Positions 1 to 12,640 of a DNA stretch of 64,000 nt are shown piece by piece. A program made the position numbers and the translations under genes. Every line of letters begins with the position of its first letter. The stretch's first letter is position 1. The notes under the pieces were generated by a model. That model was given only the letters and a program-made list of their open reading frames with translations. It did no database searches and was not told the origin of the DNA. The stretch comes from Vicugna vicugna (lineage: Eukaryota), in the NCBI GenBank assembly GCA_013265495.1, contig MU058039.1, forward strand, positions 2,591 to 66,590, read 5' to 3'.

Positions 1-665
1 TTTTTTTTTTTTTTCAGATTCCACATACATGATATCGTATGGTATTTTTCTTTCTCTTTCTGGCTTATTTCACTTACCATGACACTCTTAGGTTCATCCA
101 TGTTGTTGCAAATGGCATTATTTTATTATTTTTTATGACTGAATTGTGTTCCATTGTATAAATATACCACAACTTCTTTATCCAGTCATCTGACAATGGA
201 CATTTAGGTTGTTTCCATCTTGGCTATTGTAAATAGTGCTGCTATGAATATTGGGGTGCAGGTATCTTTTCGAATTAAAGTTCCTTCTGGATATATGCCT
301 AGGAGTGGGATTGCTGGATCATATGGAAAGTCTGTTTTCAGTTTTTTTAAGGAATCTCCATACTGTTTTCCATAACAACTGCACCAAACTACATTCCTAT
401 CAATAGTGTAGGAGGGTTCCCTTTTCTCCACACCTCCTCTAGCATTTATCATTAGTGGACTTTTTAATGATGGCCTTTCTGACTGATGTGAAGTGATACC
501 TCATTGTAGTTCTGATTTGCATTTCTCTGATAATTAGCGATATTGAACATTTTTTCATGTGCCTACTAGCCATTTGTATGTCTTCTTTGGAGAACTGCTT
601 GCTTAGGTCTTCTGCCCATTTTTGGATTGGATGGTTAGTCTTTTTATTAAGTTGTATGAGCTGTT
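1..665 (-). mobile_element. LINE-1 fragment (ORF2 C-terminus into 3' UTR)
   Basis: Minus ORF 204-452 reads LKKLKTDFPYDPAIPLLGIYP...TCTPIFIAALFTIAK, the L1 ORF2 C-terminal motif. Confidence 0.9.
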
Positions 666-1854
666 TATACAGCTGCTGATTTTTTAAAAAATATTATATT
701 GTTTACTTCAGACATTTAAGAAAAAATATTTCAATGTGTCTTTTCTGTCTCTTCAAACTCAAAAGGGAAAGGTTTTTTATATTGTTGATGTTTTATCATC
801 TAAGATGTGTATTCTAAAATTTTATAATGTAAGTGAATAGTATATGACAGGTATGGTAACAGGGTAAACCACAAATGAATTTTTGGGAAGCCATGGGAGC
901 TCTTAGTCATGATTTTAAATACATTTTGAATCTACAGAATGTTATTTGCAAAAATAAGGCTTTTAAAAATCAGTATCAAAAAATCTATTGGTAATGATTT
1001 CCTCATGGAAGAAGAGAAGAAACTTTGTAGTTAAGATTTTCATTTAATTTCAGTTAATATTTCAGCTACAGTTTCCTCAGGTCTAGCATACAAGATTCAA
1101 GCATTTAAATTACATTTTATTTTTAGAGAGTATAAATCCGATACATGAAATTCAAAAGTAATGTGGAGAACATGCTCAATTATCGTCTTATATTAATGCT
1201 TATCACTGTAAAACACCTCTCAGAATAAATTTTATTCCCCTGTTTCAGAATGATACAAGTTTCTTAAATTCTAAGGCCTGGCATAAAACTCCCATGGGAA
1301 GAGAAATTTACTGCTCATTTCTTTTTCTTCCCCCCTAGAAGTGGCGTCAGTTGCTTTACCTAAATGGCTCATGAGTCTTTTGTTATAGACTTAACAGTGT
1401 AACTATTTTAGGCCTCATCTTCCATTCCAGCAAATAAAAAAGTGAGAGTAATAATTTAAGGTATACCCTAAATTACTTTTATTTATCACATTAGGTTTGT
1501 GATGTCTTCGTAGAGTTTTCTTTAAAGTTAAGTCCTTTAGTTTTGCATATTAATTTTTCTGTGTGGAACTTTAAGTACTATGGAATTGAGTCTCATTTTG
1601 CTAAACCATAGTTACCTTCCTGGTGGTGGCTGGAAATGTTCAGTGCCTAGGATGAATACAAGTATTTGTTGAATTTAAATTAAGGTAAAGGAAACTTTGA
1701 GACTTAATTCTTACTTGATGAGCAGTAAGGGATTTTGGAATTCATTTGATGTCTTTCCTCTTCCCATTGCACAGTGGAGAAACAGCCCCAAAGGGCTAAA
1801 GGAATTTGCTAGGGTGACGTAGCTCTTTGGGGTATGTTAGAATTAAGACGTTTA

Positions 1855-2390
1855 TAGAACATCCATCCAGAACACATTCTCCTCAAGCACACATGGAACA
1901 TAATGCAGGATAGATCACATGTTAAACCACAAAACAAGCCTTAATAAATTTAAGACTGAAATCATATCAAGCAAGCCAGAATGGTATGAAACTAGAAATC
2001 AATTACCAGAAGAAATTAATTTCTAGAAGAAAACAGGAAAATTTACGAATATGTGGAGGTTAAATAACATGCTCCTGAACAACCAATCGGTCAACGAAGA
2101 AACTGAAAGAGACATTTTCAAGCATCTAGAGATAGGTGAAAATGGAGGTATAACATACCCACGCTTACGGGACACAACAAATGAAGTTCTGACAGGGAAG
2201 TGAATAGTGACAAAGTCTTACATTAAGAAACAATAAAAATCTTAAACAATCTAAGGTTATAGTTCAAGGAACTAGAAAAAGAACAAATTAAGCCTAAAGT
2301 CAGTAAAGGAAGGAAATAATGAGATTGGAGCAGAAATACACAAAATAGACACTAAAAAGGCAATGGAAGAGATGAAACTAAGGGTTGGTT
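1855..2390 (+). mobile_element. LINE-1 ORF2 fragment (endonuclease-adjacent region), degraded
   Basis: A-rich sequence with L1 hallmarks 'acacattctcctcaagcacacatggaaca', 'aaactagaaatcaat', 'aaggaactagaaaaagaacaa'. Confidence 0.8.
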
Positions 2391-2916
2391 ATTTCTCCAA
2401 AGTTTAAAGGAGAGTACTGCAGGAGCAGTTGGGCAATACTTACTAGTCTTTGTATAACCTAAGCTCACTGATTAATGCTTACTGCAGCACTGTTTATACT
2501 ACCAAAATATTAGAAATAACTTAAGTGTTCATTAATAGAAGAATAGATGAAATGTGGTATATTCATACAGTGGAATACTATGTAGTTGTTAAAAGGAATG
2601 AACTAAAGCTGCATGTACTAACATAGATAAATCACAGTTTTGTACAAAAAACCCCCTAAGCCAAGTTACAGAAAGATTACACACACAGAAACACACACAG
2701 GATACCACCATATACAGTTGTTTTATCAACATGGAATATTATATTCTATAGAACTGATAGGTATATAAAAAAAGTAATGAAAGTATAAAATTACACACAG
2801 GAGTAATGATCACCACCTTTAGGATGGGAGAATTCTTTTAGAATTCTCTGAAGACAAGGGAAGGAAATCAGACTGGAGAGGTCTAAGATTTAGTATCTTA
2901 TGTTGACTGGTGGGTA

Positions 2917-3032
2917 CATGAATGTATTTTATTATCTAAGTCCTTTGTATTTAAGAACTATTTCAAAAAATGATCATGAATGTATTTTATTATCCAAGTC
3001 CTTTGTATTTAAGAACTATTTCAAAAAATGAT
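2917..3032. repeat. Tandem duplication of a 58-bp unit (2 copies, 1 mismatch)
   Basis: catgaatgtattttattatc(t/c)aagtcctttgtatttaagaactatttcaaaaaatgat at 2917-2974 and 2975-3032. Confidence 0.95.
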
Positions 3033-6000
3033 CCCAAATTTTCACTAAAGAATTTTCAGCTTTAATAAGGAAGAAAATTGAAGGGGATGTGAGGTGCTCT
3101 GCAAAACTACTCTAAGTGCTAGAAGTACTTTCTGTGATGGCATCATCATCACTATAAAACAGTCTACTGCGTTTTTCATCATCAGGAGTTTACATTATAC
3201 TGAATCACATCAAGCAGCAAAATCCAAATGTTAATAAGAAAAATAACTCATAATTCAACAAATAAAAACCATGCCCAAGTTTATTTTCAAATGGTGATGC
3301 TTGAATGTATAATATACCCTAATATGTACTAAGATTTATTTTAAAATGCAGGTAATAAAAAGTAGTTTTTAAAAAGAAGTCACAGTAATTTAAGTAACTT
3401 TGACTAAAACTTAAAAGTACTCTGTACTCATTCAAGCAATCGATAATTATGTTTAAGACAGTCTCCTGCCTATTAGAAAGAGGCTAGTTTCAAAGAAAAA
3501 AAAAGAAACACGTTTAAAAAAACTAATAAGACATTTTTACATGACAATATCAACAATAAAAGGGCAAGAAAAATGTGCTAAGTAGAAATATACTTGGGTG
3601 TTAATAACATACTAAAGATGCAGATGAAATTAAAGAGTGCAAAGAGAACAGGAGAAAGCTATTGGTAATGGTGTGCATGAAAAAAGGTGAAGGTAATACA
3701 TTAAAAATAATGTATCTTTGATAAGAAAAATAAGAAGATAAAGTGAGAAAGGGCCCCTAAATGGAACACATTATGCGGAAGAAAAAGCTAAGAAGTGAGA
3801 TTAAGTGGTTTCAAGAGTTATAGAAGAGCAGTGATGTAAAAGAAATCGAGACAGGAAGGGTAGAATCAGATTATTCAGATGGCTTTAAAATTAGGGAAAG
3901 AGACAACTATAGGAACCTGAATATAAACTGAGAAAGGGCTGAGAATGATAAAAGAAAAGAAAATAGAAAGGATAAATATAAGAAACACGGCAAACTTTCT
4001 TATGGGGAGGTAACTATAAATTAATGAGAGGAAGGTGCAAGGAATTAATCAACAACTTTGACTCGCTGTATTAAAATGGAGACATTTCAGCTTTTGAATG
4101 ATCCCTCCATGTAAAGAATTGAAGAAGCAAGACAAGGGTGAACAAGGCGATGGAAGAAACACCACACAGACGAGAGCCCTACAAGAGTCTAACTGCAAGT
4201 GCCATGTGCTATGCTGGTGGGCTTACATCAGAGGCCAAAGGTTCTTTGCAGTAATTTTGATATTCTTGTAGAAATGGTTTATTTAAAGAACATTTCCTGC
4301 AAATGGCATCAGTAATAATGTACCTCTTTCTGGATCCACACAGAGTCTTCTAAAGTTCCAGCAATTTCAAAAACTACCACTTAGTAATGCTGTAAATATA
4401 CGTGGATCAGCCAGAACCAACTTTTACCTATTCACCAAAGATAAATGTCCTTTTCACACTTGGAGCTAATTGTCAGCTTTGAAAACATTCCAACAGCTAT
4501 GCTGCAATGTTGTTCTTTCCTTCTCTCTAACAAATTTTAGTTTTGGAATGTTATTTTACTGCAGAAAGATATATGAAACTAACCTATAACCATAAATATT
4601 AGCTTCCCAACTTATCTTCCCCCTGCAAATTAAAAAAAAAAATTTAGTGCTCCCACATCTGCTGAACATCTATGACGTGCCATCTTGGTGTGACCACTCG
4701 TACACTGCCCTGGACTATATATGCACATACACGTATGCTATTACAATATAAACCTAGAGGAATACATGGTTCTTTTTTTAAAGGCAATTTATTCACTCAG
4801 AATTCCTTGCATCAGTACTCCACCTCCTCCGCACTCCCACCCCTCAAAAAACACTCAAAGTTTTAAGAGGCTTCCATTTAGAAAAAATAATTAATTTTGT
4901 GTACCTCTTTGCAAAGAAAAATTATAGACCCAAATAGGCATTAGTAGTCCCAAGGACAAACCTCTCTCAATCACACTGCACAGTTTAAGACAAACGAAAA
5001 AAACAAAAAAACCTGCCTGTAAGAAATAAAAACAAAAATAGAAGATATTCCAGATTTGTTGTCCAGGTTGACTGTGAACCAGGAAAATAAAATAAATGAC
5101 AAGAGAACACTGGGGAGGGGCTGGCCTGCATATCCATTTGCTTTTCAATTAAAACATAATCCTCCCCAAATTGTGAATGCTCAATTTCATATTACTTAAA
5201 AATCCTGTATTAAATTACACTTATAATATTTTATTCCTCCCCTAACCAGGGTCTCTTATAAAGTTGGGAAAGGTTACAGGGTTTATTCCAGTGTCCGATT
5301 TCTCCAACAATGGAGCTCTAACAGTATCACCCTGGGGGGCCGCCGAGAGCGAGCCGGACTGCAGGAAGCACTCCACTGACCACAGCCCCCGTTGCTCCTC
5401 CCGCCTGCCCTTCTCTTCTACTTGAGGACCTCACATTCCTCACAAAAGAGAATCTTATGTCGCTATGCCTTATGTCCAGTCTGTTCTCTGGGTTTACCCC
5501 TTGGTTGTTTTCATTCAAATTCAGAAGTACCTGTAGCGTACCTCGGTGTTTGTGTAATACGTGTTCCACGATGACCGCAGGGACTCCTGACCGCCAATAT
5601 CCCACGTGAGAAAATGAGTGTTCTTCATGACTGTTTCTTCAACGTTGCTTCCTGTGGTTGGAGACGTATGAACCACTTCATTCATTAAGCTGTTAAAAGA
5701 CAGACACCATAAAAGCTCTTGTCAATCCCGAGAACCTGAAGCACATTTTCCCTGTACTTTTATATGAATCAACCTTCCTTACTTGCATCAGTGATGGTAA
5801 TCACTAGCAACAGAAATGGAACCCCGGAGAACATTTGTGCAAATACCTAGACAGAACAAATCCTGAAGGAAGGCTGGTTTTTTTGTACTTTTAATGGAGT
5901 AAACTACAGGCTTGATCTGGATAGAAGGCAACTGTGAGGTGAAGTTGCATTTCTGTGGCCAAAATTCCAGCTAGAGCAGAACCAATGCCCCATCCTGAAA

Positions 6001-6054
6001 GAGCAGGTTTCCAGGTGACTGTCATCAACTTGCAAAGTAGTCCCCATTGCACAG

Positions 6055-6652
6055 GTCGATTTCAGACGTGACCCTGACCTCATAGAGCCTAATTACAGCT
6101 TTGAGGATGCAGTTGACTCCCCTTTCTTATATTCTGCCTGGATGGAACCAGAGGTTCCCAAGACCAAAGTCAGGCAAAGGAGAAGCTTGAGGAAGAAGCC
6201 TTCCCAGGACTGGCAACCTCTGGATCTATATATAAACATCTCCTTGGACACCTGGTACAGGAACACATTAGTTTCCTGCATTTTGTGGAAAGTGCAGCAC
6301 AGCTGCCGGCCCCTGCGTCTGTTTTGTGGGAAGCTGCACATCAGGAACATGGTGTTAGCCAGACTGTGGAGATCCTGGACTTGGTGCAACTGGAATTTAT
6401 TCAAGAGCTGGACATGTCTGATTGCTTTGGGTTGTTCTCAGGTGAAAGCCAGTTTGCCAGACAAGTAGAACAAATGAAAAACCTGCGCAATCTCACGCTG
6501 CCTCAGCCCATCTTTGGGACTACAGCTGTTCACAGGCTGCCGTCCTCCGATGCTTTCAACTCTTTCCTCTCCCGCCTGAGCTCGCTGGGGCGCCTCCAGA
6601 TGCTCTGCCTGTCCTCTCCCCACCTCTCAGACCACCTGCACCGCCTTCTCAG
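6055..6652 (+). pseudogene. PRAME/LRRC14-like LRR gene, penultimate coding exon with a frameshift at ~6352
   Basis: One frame reads VDFRRDPD...PLDLYINISL...LRLFCGKLHIRNM. The -1 frame continues VSQTVEILDLVQLEFIQELDM...QMKNLRNLTL...LQMLCLSSPHLSDHLHRLLR. Together they follow the PRAME exon pattern (xDLR, CxKLxI, VxLxxIxEL, MxNLxxL). Donor AG|gtgag at 6652/6653. The 5' boundary is uncertain. Confidence 0.8.
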
Positions 6653-7312
6653 GTGAGCACAGGGGGCCCTTCTCCCTATTCCTTAATGATGGTCTCCACG
6701 TCAGGATAGGGCAGGGGACTGAGCCAGGACACACTGGATGCACGTCCCAGCCAGTTGAAGAGTCTAAGGCCCCTTAATGAGTGGTAACTCCCAGAGAGGG
6801 CAAGTTATAGCCGGGGGGATAAAAAAAACTCACACATACAACAGGAAACATCCACTAGGCCCTGTACTCCAGCAAGTCTATTCTATTACACCTATTTTAC
6901 AGATGGGGGCAACCAGGACCCAGAGAGGTTAAGGAACTTTTCTAAGGTCACACAGCCAGTAAGAGACACAGCCAAGATGTGAACCCAGGAAGTTGGTTCC
7001 TTTTACCACTTGCTAGACCACCTCTCAGGGAAAATTACCTTCATTCACTGATTCAGCAGATAATTCTTGGGAACCCACTGTGTGCCCAATGGAGCTTGTG
7101 AATTTATAAGGGAAGAGAAGCAGTAAAGGTAAAACGTAGTGGTCATAGTTGACACCCCTGTCCCCCTGCTCCCAGTGACAACTGCCCTGAAGAATATCTC
7201 CAGGGAACTCTTGGAAATCTAACGTCTTGAGTCTGATGACTGGTGGAAGGGAAGCTAGAGATGACAGCAGCCCCCAAACTTCTACGCATTGGTCATGGCT
7301 ACTATTTTAGTA

Positions 7313-7501
7313 GAGTTGACCCTGAACACCTGGGTGGGGTAGGGATGCAGTTGAAATTCCGAGGGTAATTTTCCAGTAGGCTCTCCACAAATAAGGAGTC
7401 AAGCAACTGTGGTTCATGTAGTCCTGCAGTAGTATTTACTGAAAAAAATCCACATATAAATGGACCATGCAGCTCAGAGCTGTGATATTCAAGGGCCAAC
7501 T
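7313..7501. mobile_element. Non-autonomous Tigger-type (MER7/Tigger3-like) DNA transposon remnant
   Basis: Terminal inverted-repeat-like ends 'agttgaccctgaac' and 'ttcaagggccaact'. Confidence 0.6.
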
Positions 7502-7841
7502 ATATTTACTGTTTATTTTATGTGCTTAGCCTTCTAAAAATGATTACCTCTACATCCCGAAAAGACTTAAATGTTAAGTAATAAGATATTCATCTTACAG
7601 ACTTGAATACTGAGGCCTGGAAAGGTTGAGTCAGCGACCAGTGTCACACATTCGGGGGTGGGGCTGGTCCCGGAACACAGTCACCTGATCACAGAGCAGG
7701 TCTTTACATACTGGACCTGGGCCCCGTCTAGGGCCTGGGCTAACCCGGGTCTGTGGGGCTAGGAGGTCTGGTGGCTCCTGAGAAGGTTCTTGCCCCAGCC
7801 CTGCTCTCTGGGAGTGACCCCATGCCGCCGTCTCTCCTCAG

Positions 7842-8370
7842 ATACCTGCCTGATGCCCTGGTGACCTTGGAGCTCCCCGCCTGTGCTCTTCTTATTCATG
7901 ATATCTGCTGGCTGTCCCAGAGCCCTCAGGCCTCACATCTGAAAAAATTAGATTTGAGCAAAAATGACCTTTCCCAGATGGTTCCAGGAGTGCTGAAGGC
8001 TCTTCTTAGGGAGGCCTCGGGCTCCCTGCAGGAACTGGTCCTGGACTACTGCAGCCTGAGGGATCCGCACCTCGTGGGCCTCCTGCCCGCCCTGAGATGC
8101 TGCTTCCTCCTCCACAGCCTCAGCCTCTCTGGCAACCGCATCGCCACGTCCAGCCTGGAGAACCTGCTACAGCTCGTGGCCGAGCTGTCAGGGCTGAAGC
8201 TTGTGGTCTGCCCCTACCCTGTCGAGTGCTACGACTACCCAAAGAGCAGGGAGCTGGGTCATATTCAAGAATGGCGGTCTAGCTCCTTCAAAGCCATGGT
8301 TCAGGACATGCTCAGGGCCTTGGGGCAGGACAGTCTGGAGTGGACCTTTACCTCAGAAACCTCTTTCTGA
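7842..8370 (+). pseudogene. PRAME/LRRC14-like LRR gene, last coding exon (open frame)
   Basis: Acceptor ctcctcag| at 7841; the phase-2 join gives LLR/YLPDALVTLEL. LRR repeats HLKKLDLSKNDL, SLQELVLDYCSL, LHSLSLSGNRI and the PRAME-type PYPVECY motif follow. Stop TGA at 8368-8370. Confidence 0.85.
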
Positions 8371-9529
8371 TGCCGGGGCTGCCAACCACTCTCAGTGATC
8401 TAGTGTCTTTCAGATCATCCTGCTCCCCCAGCTCGAATCTCGCAATCCATTAGCTCACTTCACTCAATAGTTGTTATATACAGGGTGAGTGCCAAGCACT
8501 GTTCTAGCAGCTGCAGATAAAAGGACAATAAGATCTATTTTTCTCAGGGAACTACTGGTCTACTTGGTCCTTCTGCTCTACAAACCCATTTCCCATCTTT
8601 GTCTGCAGAAACCACTACTCTCCCTGGCGGTATGAAACTGGACAAACTATTAGGCTCTTGATTTGTGAATTTATCCATATGTAAAATGGGGGTGAGTGTC
8701 TGTTGTCAGTGGGAAGATCAAGGGTGAGGATCTGTAAAGTGCTGAACGGCAGACACGTGTGTATCACTGAGCCACAGGTGTGTATGGGGCTCTGTTCCAC
8801 ACTGGAGGTCCAGCGATGGACAAGATACACATGGTCTCCCACAGGCCTTCCAGCCGTCTAGAGAAGTCTAATAATAATCAAGCTGAAAAATAAACAAGGT
8901 AGTTCAGGCAGCCTTAGGTGTTCTGTAAACCTCAGAACTGTTAGAGCCGGGTAGGGGCTTCAGGGTCTCTAGTAAGACAGTTGGGGAGGGTTCTTGATGG
9001 GAAGATAAGCAGGGGACACTCCTGGTGAAAGGCAGTGGAAAGGAGCAGCAGCAAAGGCAATGATCCAGAGGCAGGAAGTGGCTGGGGTGTTCAAGGAAAA
9101 GGAGGAAGTTCACCGTGGCTGTGGTGTGGTGAATGATGGAGTCTGGTACTTCAGGTCCAGCAGGACCATGAAGCCAGCCCTTTTAACAATAAATCAGCTG
9201 ATGTCTACTCACTCCCTGGACGCTGAATGCTCAGGGCATCTTAAACGGGGATTTCCCACCCAGAGTGCATGGCTTTTCCAGTAACTCAACATGGCCTTGT
9301 GCACCTCACTTAATTCAAGAAATACTGCCTGAGTTCCGACTGAGTGCTGGACACTCTCCTATGAGTGGGGCACCCAGCAGCGAACAGGACGGACAGGTCC
9401 CAACAGCTTATGTTCCAGTTGAGACATAGTCAACAATGTCAAACTCTCAAACACTAGTAAGTGCGCTAATGAAAAGACAGATATAAAGGGATGGAGGGAG
9501 GTAGGGTGAGGGGTGCAGGGGCAAGTTAT

Positions 9530-10430
9530 GTTCAAATCTGTTGCCCAGTTTTAAAATTGGGCTGCTGGGTTTTGAGAGTTTCTTATTGCTGGGTTTTGAG
9601 AGTTTCTTATATGTTCTGTGCACCAGTCCTTTATCAGATATATGCTTGGCAGAGATTTTCTACCATTCTTGGCTTTGTCTTTTCACTCTCTCAGCAATCT
9701 TACTTTGAAGAGCAGACGTTTTTAAATTTTGACAGAGTACAGTTTATCAGTCTGCTCTTTTAGGAATCATGTTTTTGCTGTTGTATCAAAAAAATCGTTG
9801 CTTAATCCAATGTCACAAAATTTTCCTCTTGTGTTTTCTTCTAGAAGTTTATATTTTTAAAATTTTAAAATTTACATTTAAGTGTACGATATATTTTAAG
9901 TTAAGTTTTGTATGTGATGCAAGGGATGGAACCAAGTTCCTTTTTAGAAAAAAAGAAATACATGGTTTTCTGGTTGTTCCAGCACCATCTGTTGAGTATC
10001 CTTTTCTCCACAGCATTGCTTTCACACCTTTTAAAATATTAGTTGTCCATATATAGTTGGATTTACTTCTCGACTCTCAATTCTGTTCCATTGATCTATT
10101 TATGTGATCTGAAGAACCACACGGTTTTGATTACTGTAGTTTGAAATGAATTATTTAGAAAGGTTAGCGTTAGCCCTCCAACTTTGTTTGGCTTTTTCAA
10201 GATTGTTTTGGCTATTGCAGGTCTTCTGCATTTCCTTCTGAATTTTAGAATCACCTTGTCAGTATCTACAAAAAATCTTGCTGGGACTGAATTTCACTGA
10301 GGTTGCATTGAATCTGTAGATCAATTTGGAGAGAATGAACATCTTAATATCAAGTCTTCTGATCTATGAACAAAGTATATATCTCCATTTATTGAGGTCT
10401 TTTAACTCTCTCCTGAGTATTTTGTCAGGC
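9530..10430 (-). mobile_element. Old LINE-1 ORF2 fragment
   Basis: T-rich antisense L1 motifs, e.g. 'ttctgttccattgatctat', 'ttttggctatt', 'gcattgaatctgtagatcaatttgg'. Confidence 0.8.
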
Positions 10431-10904
10431 TTAGTGTATTTTAAATGAAGTAAATAATTCACATGACCGTAGGTGGGGTTTTAGTCTGACAAGCTTTCGC
10501 ATGTACTGTTCTGAGTCTTTATGGCTGTAACAGTGATGATCAATGTCTTAACAGCAACAGTGAGCACAGATCCTGATTTTCCTAGGATAGTCAGATTTCA
10601 TTCTTACCATCCCAAAATAATTGCTTAAAAGAATATCTTTCACTCCCAAAAGCATCCTAGTTTGGAAGCTAAATTATGTGATACCCATAATTACAGCTAA
10701 AGCTTAGTGAGGTCTTTTTATCTGCTAAGCATTTTTCTAAGTGATTTATTATGTTAATCTACACAACAAACTTGGAGATGGTGTGAGAGGAGAAAATAAG
10801 TTGTATTTTTTAAAGTAGAAATCTTAATTCCTTTGATTTTACTTTTTTAATTTTAACTTTCTTTTTATTAGCCTAATATTTGTTTCAGTCCAAGCAGATG
10901 GACA

Positions 10905-11665
10905 GCTTGCTCAGTGAAATGCAAATCAAAACCAGGCAATACCACTTCATACCCATTAGGATGGCTACAATTAAAAAAAAACTTCTAAAAAATAACAAGA
11001 GTTGGTGGAGATGGGTAGAAATTGGAGCCCTGTGCATTGATGGTAGGAGTATAATAAGGCACAGTTTGTTCATTCGTCAATAAATCAATCATTGAATTAT
11101 CACATGATCCAGCAATTCCGCTTCTAGGTATATACCCAAAATAATTGAAAACAGGCGTTCCAAAATAAACGTGTGTAAGAATATTCATAGCACTATTCAC
11201 AACAGTGTAACAACACATTAAATGTGTAACAACCCAAAAACGGCCACCTAAATAGATATACCAAATATACTATATCCATACAATGGACTATTATTTGGCA
11301 GTAAAAAGGAATGAAAGTACTGATACATGATACAACATGGCTAAACCTAGAAAACATCACAGTGAAAGAAGCCATACACTCTATGATTTCCTTTATATGA
11401 AAATTCCAGAATAGATGAATCCATAGAGACAGAAAGCAGATTAGTGGGTTCCAGAGGCTAGGGGAGGGGGCAGTAGGGGAGATGGGAAGTGATTGCTTAA
11501 GGAGTATAGTGTTTCATTTTGGGGCGATGAAAATTTTGTGAAACTAGATAGTGATAATGATTGCACTGCATTGTGACTGTATTAAATGCCACTAAATAGT
11601 ATGCATTAAAATGGTTAAAATGGCGAATTTTGTTTATGGTATTTTACCACCATTAAAAAAAAAAG
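10905..11665 (+). mobile_element. LINE-1 3' end (L1MA/L1MB-like) with A tail
   Basis: 'gaaatgcaaatcaaaacc...cacccattaggatggct', 'ccagcaattccgcttctaggtatataccc', ending in an A run at ~11655-11664. Confidence 0.85.
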
Positions 11666-11959
11666 TCACCTTATCACCAGCCCTTTGGATCCCTTATCAG
11701 TGATTCCTCAGACTCATTACAATCCCTTCAGTACCCCGAAGCCCACCTACCAGAGAATCTCCCACCCACCCCCAAATTACAAGACCCCACATACCTGACC
11801 CATTGGGACACCCATATCAATCGTAGACTTTCCCTGGACTTCTCAATCAATGATAACCAGACATCTGCTTCTTGTCACTCCTCAGACCCCTTTATTACTA
11901 TGTCCCTCAGACCCACCCTCTTCCTCCCAATTCCTAAACCTCAGATTCCTGCCACCCGA

Positions 11960-12640
11960 CTCCTGTTTTCAGTCCCTCGCACCCAAACTCTGAGCCTCAT
12001 CCCTCTGCGAGCCCACTTGTTGCCATGGTTTCTTTAAACCGACCTTCTATTTGGGCAGGCCTGGTGCTCCCGCCTATGACGCTGCTGCCACCCACAGTTA
12101 CACATGTAGGGCTGTGTGGTGCCAACTACTGAGGAAGAACCTCTAAAGCACGGGACGCTGAGGCGGTGGGTCTCTAGTGGTGACGCAGGTAGCTTCGCCC
12201 ATTGAGCTGTTTTTTCCCTGGAGGCAGCCATTCTCGAAAATGTTTCCTACAATTCCTCAGTCTTTGTGGGACCAGAGTTTTGGGCTGTCCTTGTTGCAAT
12301 AGAAAATTGACACTGACTTGTTCCCATCCTTTTCGCGGGGACCCCAGCTCTGGCACTGCCACTTCTGCAGCAAAGCAGCCGCCAGCTTCTCCTGATAATC
12401 GACGTGGTATTGGTCATGAGGAAGATGGTGGCGCCCTGCAACCGGTTTCTCTAAGCGCTGACATTTTGGAGGAGGTGTCAAGCAGCTAGTCCGCTTCTGG
12501 TGGGGAAACCAGAGAGGCCGTAGCAAGGGGCTATCTTCCGGTAAGTGCAAAAGGCACTTGGGCTCTGGCTTGCTGGGGTGGGTAAAGAGGCCCTGGGTGG
12601 ACAAAGATTTGGGAAGGGGCAGGGCGGGGGGAAAGAAGCT
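11960..12640. promoter_or_regulatory. CpG-enriched promoter-like region
   Basis: Local CpG enrichment; RFX X-box-like gttgccatggtttc (~12018-12031); plus-strand donor ccg|gtaagt at 12541; C-rich strand-skewed flank at 11670-11990. Confidence 0.5.
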
